A stretch of DNA of 64,000 nucleotides from Vicinamibacterales bacterium. Lineage in GTDB: Bacteria > Acidobacteriota > Vicinamibacteria > Vicinamibacterales > UBA8438. Shown in pieces: positions 47,258 to 57,214 of this stretch. The position numbers and the translations under genes were made by a program. The notes beneath the pieces were generated by a model. The model saw only the letters and a program-made list of their open reading frames with translations. It made no database searches and was not told where the DNA came from. The stretch's first letter is position 1. Each line of letters begins with the position of its first letter. Location: positions 160,792 to 224,791 of the forward strand of contig CBDCEY010000005.1 in the NCBI GenBank assembly GCA_965215895.1, given 5' to 3'.

Positions 47258-47575
47258 ATGACGGTCCTGCGCCGGCGACGCGAACCCACGGGCCCCGGAG
47301 AGATCCTCCGAGAGGAGTTTCTCCGACCGCTCGGCATCACCCAGAAACAGCTTGCCGACCACCTCGGCTGCGACGTGAAAGTGATCAACCGAATCGTGAA
47401 TGGACGGACATCCGTCAGCGCCAGGATGGCACTGAAGCTGGCGGCGAGGTTCCGAACGTCACCCGAGTTCTGGCTCAATGCGCAGCAGGCCGTGGACCTC
47501 TACCGAGCCTCGCGCGATGCCATGGCCGAGGCGCCCGCAAGACCCCAGGTCAAGGCAGCACGTCCCGTGCTCTGA
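47258..47575 (+). CDS. higA: HigA-family antitoxin (XRE-type HTH)
   Basis: 105 aa: GEILREEFLRPLGITQKQLADHLGCDVKVINRIVNGRTSVSARMALKLAARFRTSPEFWLNAQ. Confidence 0.85.
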   Translation: MTVLRRRREPTGPGEILREEFLRPLGITQKQLADHLGCDVKVINRIVNGRTSVSARMALKLAARFRTSPEFWLNAQQAVDLYRASRDAMAEAPARPQVKAARPVL

Positions 47576-47586
47576 CCGGTCGCCCT

Positions 47587-47700
47587 ATCCAGCCGGTCTC
47601 GGAGCAGCGCTATCTGCCGGCACCCCGGGAATCGCAGGTCCGCATATACCGACGCGCCGAGGACCGGCGTGCCGAGACGCCGCTGCGCCCCCTGCTCCGA
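47587..47700 (-). pseudogene. 5' fragment of a second Uma2-family gene
   Basis: The minus strand encodes ...RRLGTPVLGASVYADLRFPGCRQIALLRDRLD, which matches ...APVLGAPRRLGSAADKDLRFPGCRQIPLLRDRLD of the intact copy. Nucleotide similarity to 46676-46790 is visible. Homology stops abruptly 12 nt from the higA stop. Confidence 0.5.
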
Positions 47701-47864
47701 TACCGACGTGCCCGCCGCGCGCCGACCACCGCCTTCGCTCCGGGTCCTGCGAACACAGCCATCGGTCCGGCGAAGACAATTGTCGTCAAGCGGCCCGAGT
47801 CCCTCCGCTTCAGGCTCGTTTCCTGGATTGGACAGGACTGCGTTCACCGTTCCGGTGGCGAGAC

Positions 47865-49157
47865 TCACTTCGCTGGCCGCACGGGCTGTATCTGTGCGAC
47901 GGCGCGGGTTCCGAGGCGCCAGACGAGGACGCCGTTGATGGCGCCTTCGGCGGCGCGGCCGGCCAGTGGGGCGAGCAGACCGGTCCCCACCGCCTCCCCA
48001 GTCCCGAGCCCGACCTCCGAGATCATGTCCTGCAGCGGGCCGTCCTCGGGGAGGTTGTCGGCTGCCGTCGTCGCGGCGTCCGCCGCATTGTCGGACACGT
48101 CCTGCAGCAGGCCGCTCAGGTAAGTCGTCATGACGGACCGCGCCAGAAGCAGCGCCGCCTGGAAGGCGGTGGGCCGTAGCCCATAGAGCGCCAGCAGCTC
48201 GCGGAGCAGCGCCATGCACGCGTACAGCACGATCGCCTGATCGAGCAGAGGGAAGCGGGACGCGGCGGTTCCAACGCCGACCTTGACCGCGTAGGCGCGA
48301 ACCCGCCGGGCCGCGACCGCATCCAGCACCGACTGGAACCGTCCGGTGAATGCCTCCAGCCATTCGGAGGGGGAAAGGGTCTGCGGTTCCACCAGCAGTT
48401 CGCGGCGCGCGTCCTCGAGGCGCGTCCGTTCGTCATCGTTCAACTGGCGGTGCGCGGCGCGGCTCTCGTACTCCTGCAGATGGCGCCGCAACTCGAGCCG
48501 TGCGCGATCGACGTGGTGGAGCGCGAGCCGCTGCCACTGCCGGCGCTCGCTCAGCGCCCGGAGGCCTGCCAGATTCACGGCAGGACTGCGGCGCAGACGC
48601 ATCAGCGCCCATCCGAGACGCGCGATCAGCGCCGCGAGGACAACGGAGCAACCGGTCGCGCCCACGCCCGCGATCCAGTTGAACGGCGTCGGCAGAGCCC
48701 GGATGTGGCCGACCGCCGCCGCCCCCTGGCCGACGAGCAGCAGGCCGAGAATCGACGCCGCGGCCAGCAGGGTCCAGCTCAGGAAGCTGAGTATCGGAGC
48801 CGGCAGCCGGAATCTCCCCGCATCGTCCGGCCGCAGCTTCCGCGCAAGCTCCCCGCGGATTTCTTCCTCCTCCTCTTTCTCCTCCCGGCGGTCGTGTTCC
48901 TCGACCTCCGCCCGGGTCAGCACCCGGCCGTCGCCCGCGTTGGATCTGGGGATGCCGAGTCCGTGGTCGCCGTCGCGGCGCGGTTCGTCCCAGGCATCAG
49001 GAGACGCCTCTCCCCGGCGGCGGCGCTCCTCGACCGTCCCTTCGTCAGGTGGACGGTGTCCAGCCGCGGCAGGGCGGCGCGAGGCAGGTCCGTGGTCGCG
49101 GCCCGACTCTCGGCCGCCGATGGACGATCGGTCGTGAGCGTGAGGCGTGTCGGTCAT
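47865..49157 (-). CDS. YcjF-like (DUF697) membrane protein with long charged N-terminal extension
   Basis: Start at ATG 49157, 5 nt after the upstream stop. Two TM helices (LSFLSWTLLAAASILGLLLVG, WIAGVGATGCSVVLAALIARL) are followed by a DUF697-like region (AYAVKVGVGTAASRFPLLDQAIVLYACMALLRELLALYG). Confidence 0.7.
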   Translation of the reverse strand: MTDTPHAHDRSSIGGRESGRDHGPASRRPAAAGHRPPDEGTVEERRRRGEASPDAWDEPRRDGDHGLGIPRSNAGDGRVLTRAEVEEHDRREEKEEEEEIRGELARKLRPDDAGRFRLPAPILSFLSWTLLAAASILGLLLVGQGAAAVGHIRALPTPFNWIAGVGATGCSVVLAALIARLGWALMRLRRSPAVNLAGLRALSERRQWQRLALHHVDRARLELRRHLQEYESRAAHRQLNDDERTRLEDARRELLVEPQTLSPSEWLEAFTGRFQSVLDAVAARRVRAYAVKVGVGTAASRFPLLDQAIVLYACMALLRELLALYGLRPTAFQAALLLARSVMTTYLSGLLQDVSDNAADAATTAADNLPEDGPLQDMISEVGLGTGEAVGTGLLAPLAGRAAEGAINGVLVWRLGTRAVAQIQPVRPAK

Positions 49158-49162
49158 GGCGA

Positions 49163-50140
49163 TCAGCCCAGCACTGTGAAGTCGAAGACGGCGTCCAGGT
49201 TCCGATGGTGCGGCGGGATCATGATGTTCTCCGGCACTCGGGGCCAGAAGTACTGATACTGGTAGTCGCCCTTCTTCCATGACCGGGGCCACTCCTCGGG
49301 GAGCGCCGACACGTCGAACTCTCTCGCCTGCCGGTCCGGGGTGTGCGGTCCCGGCTGCGTCTGGCCGACCAGCGTGTACGGCGCGCCGCCGGGCCGGGTC
49401 GAGACGCACGCGCTGCAGACGAACCACTTCACCTCGACCGCGGGCGAGAGCGCCTGCGCTGCGCGCGCGTTCATCGATCTGACCAGCGCCAGCAGGCGGC
49501 CGTTCCGAAGGTCCTCCGGCGACACCAGATCGGCCTTGGCGGCGACGAAGGCGACGCGCTCCAGGGAGTTCCGGAGCCCCAGCGCCCGCCGGAACCAGGC
49601 TCCGAGGGCGTCGTCGCGCATGGCCTCGAGCAGGGAGATGACCACCAGGCGCTCGTCCACGAAGCGGCGGTCCCCGGCGAGCAGCAACGCCGGGATGTCG
49701 ACCAGCACCACAAGACTGTTGGCGGTCATCAGATCCTGGAACAAGGGCAGCACCACCTCCTTGCGATACCCTGCGTAATGGCGCTGCATTTCGCCGATCA
49801 ACTCCGGATTCGCGTTCCGCACCGCCCGTGGGAGCGGCGCGAACTCGCGCGCTTCGTCCAGGCCGCACCGCCGCGAGGCTACCAGCCCCGTCTCGTCCAC
49901 GTCGCGGGCGCTGTCCCCGGTGCGATCCAGCAGAAAAACGGACGGCGACACGAGCGGCTTCCAGGCGCGTATCAGCCGCGCCAGCGCGAGCCGGTAGCCC
50001 AGGACGACATCCCTGGCGCCCGCCCCGGGCCTCGCGGCCGCATCCCGGAACTGCGCCGCCACCTCTCTGCCGACGGGGTCCTGATCGAGATGATCGAGCA
50101 TGTGGTCGGACCAGGCCCCGTAGTCCTTGTGCACCACCAT
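49163..50140 (-). CDS. YcjX-like protein lacking the N-terminal P-loop third
   Basis: 325 aa. DYGAWSDHML, VVLVDIPALL and FVAAKADLV correspond to E. coli YcjX DYLSWSRQM, IVLVDCLQPL and FAATKADHV (from memory). I found no GxxxxGK(S/T) in this ORF or upstream in its frame. Confidence 0.65.
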   Translation of the reverse strand: MVVHKDYGAWSDHMLDHLDQDPVGREVAAQFRDAAARPGAGARDVVLGYRLALARLIRAWKPLVSPSVFLLDRTGDSARDVDETGLVASRRCGLDEAREFAPLPRAVRNANPELIGEMQRHYAGYRKEVVLPLFQDLMTANSLVVLVDIPALLLAGDRRFVDERLVVISLLEAMRDDALGAWFRRALGLRNSLERVAFVAAKADLVSPEDLRNGRLLALVRSMNARAAQALSPAVEVKWFVCSACVSTRPGGAPYTLVGQTQPGPHTPDRQAREFDVSALPEEWPRSWKKGDYQYQYFWPRVPENIMIPPHHRNLDAVFDFTVLG

Positions 50141-50973
50141 GACCCGATGGCGGCCCCGCCGGCCGCTCCGCCTACACGGCCCCAGATTCCGCCGGCCCCC
50201 TTGCCCACCGTCTTCAGGGCTGCGGACGCCACGATCTTCTTGGCGAGCGCCTTCGCGAGAACCGCAACCGCTACGGTGCTGCCGGCGCCGGCGCCGACGG
50301 CCACGACGGCTGAAGGAACGGCAGATACCGTGAACCGTTCGACGGTGTCCGCGACAGTCACGTCCAACATGCGCTCATAGATTGTCGTCAGCCCAGCCGG
50401 GACCGTCTGTGACTCGCGGCGGACCCAATTCTCGATCTCGGTGCGCATTTCCTCTTGCATGACCCCGGCGACGGCTTCGGTGGCTGAACCGATACGTTCC
50501 TGCAGCTCTGCGAACAACCGCGATTCGATCTCCTCCTCCAAGACCCCGAGAGCCGCCTGGCCGAGCTCCGTATACTGCCCGACAATTGAGTAGTGCCAGT
50601 CCAGGAAGGCTGGAATTCGCTCGTAGACCGGAGCAAAAGCCTCGTCGACCTGCTCCCCGATGGCCAAGTTGGTCTGCGGCAACGGTTCACGGCGAAAGCG
50701 CTCCAGAAACTGCCTCCACTGCATCTCCGCCCGCCCCTCCAGTTCATCCTGGGGCATGGGGTCGGGCTCTGCCTCGTTGTGGTTCACCCCGGCCGAGGGT
50801 CGGTCCGTGGGTAGCGGGTCCTTCGGCGGCCGGGACTGGAGCGCCATCGCCAAGACGAACAGCAGGAGCGTGGCCGATATCAGCGTGAGGATCGTTCGAA
50901 AGGCCCACTTCATCGCCAAGCCCGGACGAGGCTGCCCTCGAACAAGCGAAGATCGAATCCGAGTCTCCATCAT
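49972..50973 (-). CDS. Hypothetical membrane-anchored protein
   Basis: I prefer the start at 50973 because it gives an ATGA overlap with the upstream stop. TM helix AFRTILTLISATLLLFVLAMA, a helical acidic domain and a Gly/Ala-rich tail. The last 168 nt overlap the YcjX-like ORF in another frame, so the 3' end is uncertain. Confidence 0.45.
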   Translation of the reverse strand: MMETRIRSSLVRGQPRPGLAMKWAFRTILTLISATLLLFVLAMALQSRPPKDPLPTDRPSAGVNHNEAEPDPMPQDELEGRAEMQWRQFLERFRREPLPQTNLAIGEQVDEAFAPVYERIPAFLDWHYSIVGQYTELGQAALGVLEEEIESRLFAELQERIGSATEAVAGVMQEEMRTEIENWVRRESQTVPAGLTTIYERMLDVTVADTVERFTVSAVPSAVVAVGAGAGSTVAVAVLAKALAKKIVASAALKTVGKGAGGIWGRVGGAAGGAAIGSWWCTRTTGPGPTTCSIISIRTPSAERWRRSSGMRPRGPGRAPGMSSWATGSRWRG

Positions 50974-51851
50974 CGTTCCCTTCGATATCGTTCCAGCTGC
51001 CATGCCAACAGAACACAACCCTCAAGCCCGCGAACGAACCCGCCGAACGCCATCGCCGCGTTGAAAAAGAAGCCGATCCACAAGACCAGTCTGATCCCGT
51101 CGTGGATCCAGGGCGACGTCGCCGCGGTGGTGACGAAGTACCACGACAGGCCTTCGATCTGCGCTGTCAAACGCAGTGTGTCATCTACGACCGGGCACGC
51201 CGAACTCACGTGCATGGAGAAGGCCTCCATGGTCCGTTCGAGCGAATCCGGAAAAATATCCTGCCCCGGCCCCGGGATCAGGTAGTAGCTGGCGTAGACA
51301 TAGGCCACGGCAAGGGCGGCCAGGAGGAGCGTTCCCGCCATGCGCGCGGCCAGCAGGTCGGCGACCGCCCCACGTCCTCCGCCTTCATCGCCGTCACGCC
51401 TGAAGTGACGCCCCGGCCAGGTCGACAGAGCGTTGAACAGGAGCGGCGCGGCCGCGGCTGCCGCGCAGAAGAAGAGCCAGTCGGTGGGCCGAGAGCGCGC
51501 CGCGAAGACGACCAGGAACGTAGCCAGCGGCAACGCCGCCGCCAGGCTCATCAGCACCGACAGCCCTGACCGACGAAGCCAGCGGCGCAGGGGCGATCCG
51601 CGGTCGAGGTAGTAGTCGACGGCGAAGCGCTTCCGTTCCAGCCTGTACTCCAACAGCCCGCTGAATATCGCGAGAGCGGTCAGGATGGGAAGCGCGAGCG
51701 CCAGGCAGGATCGTTCATGCGTACGCTGCCACAGGAACAGAACGGTCAGAAACAGCACGCATGCGAACACCGCATGGACCACGCGGTCGACCGCAGAAGC
51801 GGAGTCACGGCTCATTCGCGCCAACCGTCGACATCCGGAAGTACAGACCAT
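50970..51851 (-). CDS. Hypothetical polytopic membrane protein
   Basis: 293-aa ORF with about 6 hydrophobic helices. The start may be the internal ATG at 51815. No family recognised. Confidence 0.5.
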   Translation of the reverse strand: MVCTSGCRRLARMSRDSASAVDRVVHAVFACVLFLTVLFLWQRTHERSCLALALPILTALAIFSGLLEYRLERKRFAVDYYLDRGSPLRRWLRRSGLSVLMSLAAALPLATFLVVFAARSRPTDWLFFCAAAAAAPLLFNALSTWPGRHFRRDGDEGGGRGAVADLLAARMAGTLLLAALAVAYVYASYYLIPGPGQDIFPDSLERTMEAFSMHVSSACPVVDDTLRLTAQIEGLSWYFVTTAATSPWIHDGIRLVLWIGFFFNAAMAFGGFVRGLEGCVLLAWQLERYRRER

Positions 51852-52769
51852 AGAGGCGGTTGGGGAAACGGTACCCGCCCTGGACTTCCGGATCGACCTC
51901 TATGGCGCCCAGTTTCTTCATGCGGCGCAGGAAGTTGTCCAGCACGCTCTTTCCTGCTCCGTCAAGCGGTCCCGAAGCTGCGCTCGACGAAATCGCATCT
52001 GGTGGGGATCGGCCATCATCTTCCGGAAGATCGAGCGATACCGTTCGCTGGTGATGGCCCGGAAGATGCCGGGCTCCAGCAGCTTCCTGCCGACGACGGC
52101 AGCTGCCGCGACAATGCCGTCCACGACCTCGCTCCGGTCGATTCTCGGGCTGCGAGCCGTTCGCCAAACGGCGTCGCCGAGCTCATGCGCCAGCACCGGC
52201 AGTCCACCGGTATACCCCGCCAGCATCCGCACACTCGCTTCCGAGATCTCCGCGTTACCGTCACGAAATGCACTGCGGTAGAAATCAAGCACCTCATCGT
52301 CGGACCAGGGAGCGATTTCGATGGGGTCCAGGACGCGCGCCAGCGACGGCTGCCGCTTCACCAGTTCCCGCCGGCGCGCTTCGAGTCCCACCACGAGCAT
52401 GCAGAGCCGCGTCTCCGCATCGGATGTGGCGATCTCGTCGACGGTGCTCTTGAGCCAGTTGGCGAATTCGTCCGATCCCGCCAGGCCGTTGATGTCGTCG
52501 AGAATCAGAAACAGCGATCTCTTGTGCTCCGCGAGGCTGTCCAGCAATCGCCTCACCGACGACACGAAACCGTGCTTGATGGTCTCCAGGTCGTGCTCCT
52601 GAAGATTCAGCTCGAGAGTGACACCGAAGAGCCCGACCCTGCGAACACGGTCGCCGAAGAAGTCCCGCAGCTTCTCGTGCCAAGGCTTTTCGGTACTCTC
52701 GTTCAGGAGGCGCTCGAACGTCCGGCGCATGCAGGTATGAAGCGCGGGCGCTCTCGATTCCAGGCCCAT
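51805..52769 (-). pseudogene. AAA/ORC-like ATPase-family gene lacking Walker A and carrying a frameshift
   Basis: It has Walker B (SLFLILDDINGL) and a sensor/lid region (LPVLAHELGDAVW), but no P-loop. The reading frame breaks at caggaaagagcg (about 51945). One extra A would join ...LTEQE to KSVLDNFLRRMKKLGAIEVDPEVQGGYRFPNRLYGLYF, a winged-helix-like tail. Confidence 0.6.
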
Positions 52770-53284
52770 GCGAACGCCGCTGCCAGCACGGTGAGCACCG
52801 CCACCAAGAACCAGAGAGGCCCGGTCGGACTGTCCCTGACCGGTCGCTCATCTTCCAACAACTGGTCCAGCGCGCTGTTCAGCCTTTCCTGTAGCCGCTG
52901 GTTCTCACGGAGCAACCTCTGGATTTCCGACTCCCTCTGAAGATCCTCTTCCCGAAGGCGGTTTAGATCGTTCTGTAGTTTCTGGTTCGCTTCCTGCTGA
53001 TGCTCGCTCTCCGTACGCAGACGCTCGAACTGCAAGGCCAAGTCCTGATTGTCCGATTCCAGCCGCTGGATCGCCAACTGGTGCCTCGTATTCTCGTCCC
53101 GCAGCGCCCTGTTTTCCTCCCCCAGCGTCCCGAACTCACCCGGCGCTTGGTTCGCCGGTCCCCAGCTCAGGCCAAACAGGTAGGCGGCGATCGCCAAAAT
53201 GACCGCGGCTAGAGCCATAACCGCCGCTAGTGTCCTGCGTCCGAAGTTGCTTCGCAGTAGCGGGTGCTTGTGACACCGCTGCAC
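52703..53284 (-). CDS. Coiled-coil protein flanked by two TM helices
   Basis: 193 aa. N-terminal TM (LAAVMALAAVILAIAAYLF), about 100 aa of heptad-rich sequence (LRDENTRHQLAIQRLESDNQDLALQFERLRTESEHQQEANQKLQNDLNRLREEDLQRESEIQRLLRENQRLQERL) and a C-terminal TM. Confidence 0.5.
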   Translation of the reverse strand: MQRCHKHPLLRSNFGRRTLAAVMALAAVILAIAAYLFGLSWGPANQAPGEFGTLGEENRALRDENTRHQLAIQRLESDNQDLALQFERLRTESEHQQEANQKLQNDLNRLREEDLQRESEIQRLLRENQRLQERLNSALDQLLEDERPVRDSPTGPLWFLVAVLTVLAAAFAWAWNRERPRFIPACAGRSSAS

Positions 53285-53413
53285 GCGCGCCGTTTGCCTG
53301 TCGATACGGGCCGATCCGCTATCGTGTCACTCTGGGTCTACTGCGAACGGACTTGCAATTCGGGACACTAGCCTGACCTTCATTGTCCTGTGACCGCGAC
53401 CGTCGCTCGCCGC

Positions 53414-54940
53414 CTACTCGCCGTCGCCGTAGCTCCGCAGGAGCGCCGCGATCTCCGGCCGGGTGGCGCGGCGGCCGTTGGTGCCGGGGACCGGGAGCGC
53501 GGTCTCGGCCAGGGTCAGGGCGGTCTGGTCGCGGTCGTTCCGGGCCCGCGCGTCGGCGCCGTGCCGGGCCAGGAACTCGACCACCGGCAGGAACCCGTTG
53601 CGCACCGCGTCGTGCAGCGGGGTGTTCCCCCGCGCGTCCGCGGTGTTCACGTCGACCCCCATCCCGTGGACGACGCGCACGAGCTCAAGGGTCAGCTGTT
53701 GCTGGTCGACCTCCTCGGTCACCGCCACCCCGACCCGGTTGCGCCGGTTCTCCTGGGAGATGGCGGCGGCGCCGATGGCCGCCTGCAGCGACGACACGCC
53801 GTTGGACGGGATCATGAAGGGATCGGCCCCGTACTCGGCGAGGGTGCGGAGACTGCCGAGCTCGCCGTACTTGGCGGCCAGCCAGAAGGCGTTCGCCCCG
53901 ACGGCCTGGTGGCGGATGCTGTAGTCGGCGCTGAAGCGGCGGCCGGGGGTGCCCCGCACCACCGGGAGGTTCGGATCGGCGCCCTGCGCGAGCAGGATGC
54001 CGACCAGCGCCTCCTGCTCGCGCAGGACGGCGGCCTGCAGAGCGGTATAACCGGCCCCGGCCGCGTTGGGATCGGCGCCCTGCTCGAGGAAGAACGCGGC
54101 CAGCGCGGGGTGCCCGCTGTGGGCGGCGATGACGAGAGCGCTGGTGCCGGCGGCGGCGGTGTCGTCGACGTCGGCGCCGGCTTCAAGCAGCACCCGGGCG
54201 GTGTCGAGGTCGCCGTTGCGGGCCACGAACAGCAGGGCCGTCGAGCCGCCGTGGGCCATCCGGAAGTTGCCGATGGGATTGGTGTTCCCGGCGGTGTTCT
54301 CGAGCTGGTGCCAGACCCGGCTTCTCGAGTGCAGGTCCGCCCCGGCCGCCGCGAGCACGCGCGCGACCTCGGCGTGCCCCTGGGCCGCCGCCCACATGAG
54401 GGCGGTCTGGCCCCGCTCGCGCTCGGCCGCGTTCACCTCGGCGCCCGCCGCGAGCAACCGCCCGACGGTACCGGCGTGGCCGGACCGGGCTGCGCTCATC
54501 AGGGGGGTCTCGCCCATCTTGAGCGACAGGTTCACGTCGGCCCCTGCCGCCAGCAACCGGGCCACCAGCCGGGCGTCGCCGTTCTGCGACGCCAGCCACA
54601 GCGGCGTGGCGTCGAGAGCATTGGCGGCGTTGACATCCGCGTCCGCGGCGAGCAGCGCCTCGGCGAGCGCCAGATCGCCCCGGTGCGCGGCCCAGTGCAG
54701 GGCCGTCGTCCCGTCTCCCTGCCGGGCGTCGACGTCCGCCCCGTCCGCCACCAGGGCGCGCACGGCGGCCACGTCGCCGGCTCTCGCGGCGGCGATCACA
54801 TCTTCGGCGGCGAAGGCCTGCGGCGCCACCGCCGCCATCGCCAAGGACGTCAGCACCGCACCCCACCGCGGGACGATTGCGGCACGACGCAGGGCGCTCC
54901 GATACGGCCCGTTCCTTCCGATCAAGTGGCGTTCATCCAT
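53414..54940 (-). CDS. Ankyrin-repeat protein with signal peptide
   Basis: Start at ATG 54940. More than 10 ANK units (G.TALHWAA..G......LL..GADVN). 508 aa. Confidence 0.85.
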   Translation of the reverse strand: MDERHLIGRNGPYRSALRRAAIVPRWGAVLTSLAMAAVAPQAFAAEDVIAAARAGDVAAVRALVADGADVDARQGDGTTALHWAAHRGDLALAEALLAADADVNAANALDATPLWLASQNGDARLVARLLAAGADVNLSLKMGETPLMSAARSGHAGTVGRLLAAGAEVNAAERERGQTALMWAAAQGHAEVARVLAAAGADLHSRSRVWHQLENTAGNTNPIGNFRMAHGGSTALLFVARNGDLDTARVLLEAGADVDDTAAAGTSALVIAAHSGHPALAAFFLEQGADPNAAGAGYTALQAAVLREQEALVGILLAQGADPNLPVVRGTPGRRFSADYSIRHQAVGANAFWLAAKYGELGSLRTLAEYGADPFMIPSNGVSSLQAAIGAAAISQENRRNRVGVAVTEEVDQQQLTLELVRVVHGMGVDVNTADARGNTPLHDAVRNGFLPVVEFLARHGADARARNDRDQTALTLAETALPVPGTNGRRATRPEIAALLRSYGDGE

Positions 54941-55495
54941 TGCTCTGTCACCATCGTCCTGGCTGGTCGTCGTCAGCGGTTCGGTCGCCCTCCTCCAGGA
55001 TCCCGGGGCACGGCGCGCGGGGCTACGCCACGGGCTCCCGGCCCGCATTGCAGGCGGGGCCGTCGGCCGCTGCCGATCCGCGCTCGATTCGAGTGCCGCG
55101 CGGGCCGGCCTCGGCCTCCGGCGAACCTATCATGCCGGTTTTCGAGGGTCAATCGGACCGGCGCCCGGCGCGGACGCGTTGCGATCGAGGGACCGGCGCG
55201 TTGACCAGCCCGTGGTGGAACCTCGCGTTGCACCGAAAGCGGCGAGAACGCCAGGGGGCTGCAAGGGGCGCCAGCGGGCTGTAGAACGCCCGCCTGACAA
55301 GCCGGGGGGAGGGCGCATATCGGGCACAGGCGACCGCGGACTGAAAGCAGTCCGACGAACAACGCAGTTCAAGGCGGAATGCATCGCCGCTCGAATGCCA
55401 CGGCGCACCGCCACGGGCTGCTACAATCCCGGCACGGTCACGCTGCCCGTGAACAAGATTGCAGACCGCCGGAGGGCGGTCGGGGGAAGAAACCG

Positions 55496-57214
55496 ATGCA
55501 TCCTATCCGCACCGCCGCCGTCAGCCTGTGCGCGCTCTCCTTCCTGGCCGGCACCGCGGCGGCCCAGAACGTCGACTGGCCGCTTCATAACCTGGATCCG
55601 GCCGGCAGCCGGTTCGCCGAGACCGACCAGATCACGCCCGAGAACGCGCATCTGCTCACCCCGCGGTGGCTCTTTCAGCACGGGGTCATCGACGGCGTCA
55701 GCAACCAGACCACGCCGGTCATCGTCGACGGCGTCATGTACGTCACCGACTCGCGCGGCAGCGTCTACGCCGTCGACGCCGCCAACGGCCATCTGCTGTG
55801 GCTCTACGACGTGACGGAGCTGCTCGGCGGCGGCCGGCGCGAGGGGTACATCTTCCGCCACCGCGGCGTCACGTATGCGGACGGGGTGGTCTACAGCGCG
55901 GCCGGGTCGTTCATGTTCGCCCTCGACGCCAAGACCGGCGAGCCCATCGAGGGGTTCGGCGAGAACGGTCAGGCCAGCGTCATCCTCGACGTGCTCCGCC
56001 TCCGCTATCCCGACGTGGAGACCGCCATCTCGATGGGCTACTGGTTCACCAGCGCCCCCCAGATCCACGACGGCGTCCTCTACGTCGGCTCGACCCGCAG
56101 CGAGAGCATGATTCCGGGCGGCCACGTCCTCGCGGTGGACGCGACGACCGGCGAGGTGATCTGGCACTTCAACACCGTTCCCCAGGACGAGAACGACCAG
56201 GGCTGGGACGTCGCCGGCCCGACCTGGGTCGGCGGGGGCCGCAACGGCGGCGGCATCTGGGAGACGCCGTCCATCGACCCCGAGCTCGGCCTGCTCTACG
56301 CGGCGGTCGGGAACCCGTTCGGGGACAGCACGCAGCGGGCGGGCGCGAACCTGTTCACCGACTCGATCATCGCGCTGTCCCTCGAGACCGGCCAGCTCGC
56401 CTGGTACTACCAGCAGGTGCACCACGACGTCTGGGACTACGACAACGGCCAGCAGCCGGTCCTCTTCGACATGGTGGTCGACGGCGAGCCGGTCAAGGCG
56501 CTGGCCCAGGCCAACAAGAACAGCTGGCTCTACATCCTGAACCGCGAGACCGGCGAGCCCGTCCATCCCATCATCGAGACCCCGGTGCCGACCGAGACCG
56601 ACCGCGAGGGCGAGGTGCCCTACCCGACCCAGCCGATTCCCCACAAGGCGAACGGCGAGCGGATGGAGCCGGTCTCGCCGGTGTTCCCGACCGACATCCC
56701 CCCCGAGCACGCGGAGGGCAAGCGCTTCGTCCAGCAGTACACCCCGCTGCCCCGCGTGACCAGCGACATCGTCTTCGCCCCCGGCATGGGGGGCGGGGCC
56801 AGCTACGGGCCCATCGCCCACAGCCCCGACACCGGGCTGCTCTACGTGAACGCCATCGACCGGCCGTTCAACGGGGGGCGGGGGGCCAAGGGCTACTTCT
56901 CGGCCTACGACCCGACCACCGGCGAGCTGGTGTGGCGGCAGATCTTCGAAGGGTACGGGCAGGCCGGCGCGGTGGTCACCCGGGGCGGTGTGGTGTTCGT
57001 GGGGACCGGCAGCAACATCGCCGGCTACTTCTTCGCGTTCGACGCCCGCACCGGCGACGAGCTGTGGCGCTACAACACCGGCTCGGGCATCTTCGCGTCG
57101 CCGGCCGTGTACATGGTCGACGGCGAGGAGTTCGTCACCGTCGCGTCGGGCGGCGGCTCGCGCGGCCGCCGCGGCGGCGACCTCATCCTCAGCTTCGCCC
57201 TGCCGAAGCGATAG
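55496..57214 (+). CDS. PQQ-dependent dehydrogenase (quinoprotein beta-propeller), exported
   Basis: Start at ATG 55496. Signal peptide MHPIRTAAVSLCALSFLAGTAAAQ. TTPVIVDGVMYVTD...HHDVWDYD...GGASYGP. 572 aa. Confidence 0.85.
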   Translation: MHPIRTAAVSLCALSFLAGTAAAQNVDWPLHNLDPAGSRFAETDQITPENAHLLTPRWLFQHGVIDGVSNQTTPVIVDGVMYVTDSRGSVYAVDAANGHLLWLYDVTELLGGGRREGYIFRHRGVTYADGVVYSAAGSFMFALDAKTGEPIEGFGENGQASVILDVLRLRYPDVETAISMGYWFTSAPQIHDGVLYVGSTRSESMIPGGHVLAVDATTGEVIWHFNTVPQDENDQGWDVAGPTWVGGGRNGGGIWETPSIDPELGLLYAAVGNPFGDSTQRAGANLFTDSIIALSLETGQLAWYYQQVHHDVWDYDNGQQPVLFDMVVDGEPVKALAQANKNSWLYILNRETGEPVHPIIETPVPTETDREGEVPYPTQPIPHKANGERMEPVSPVFPTDIPPEHAEGKRFVQQYTPLPRVTSDIVFAPGMGGGASYGPIAHSPDTGLLYVNAIDRPFNGGRGAKGYFSAYDPTTGELVWRQIFEGYGQAGAVVTRGGVVFVGTGSNIAGYFFAFDARTGDELWRYNTGSGIFASPAVYMVDGEEFVTVASGGGSRGRRGGDLILSFALPKR

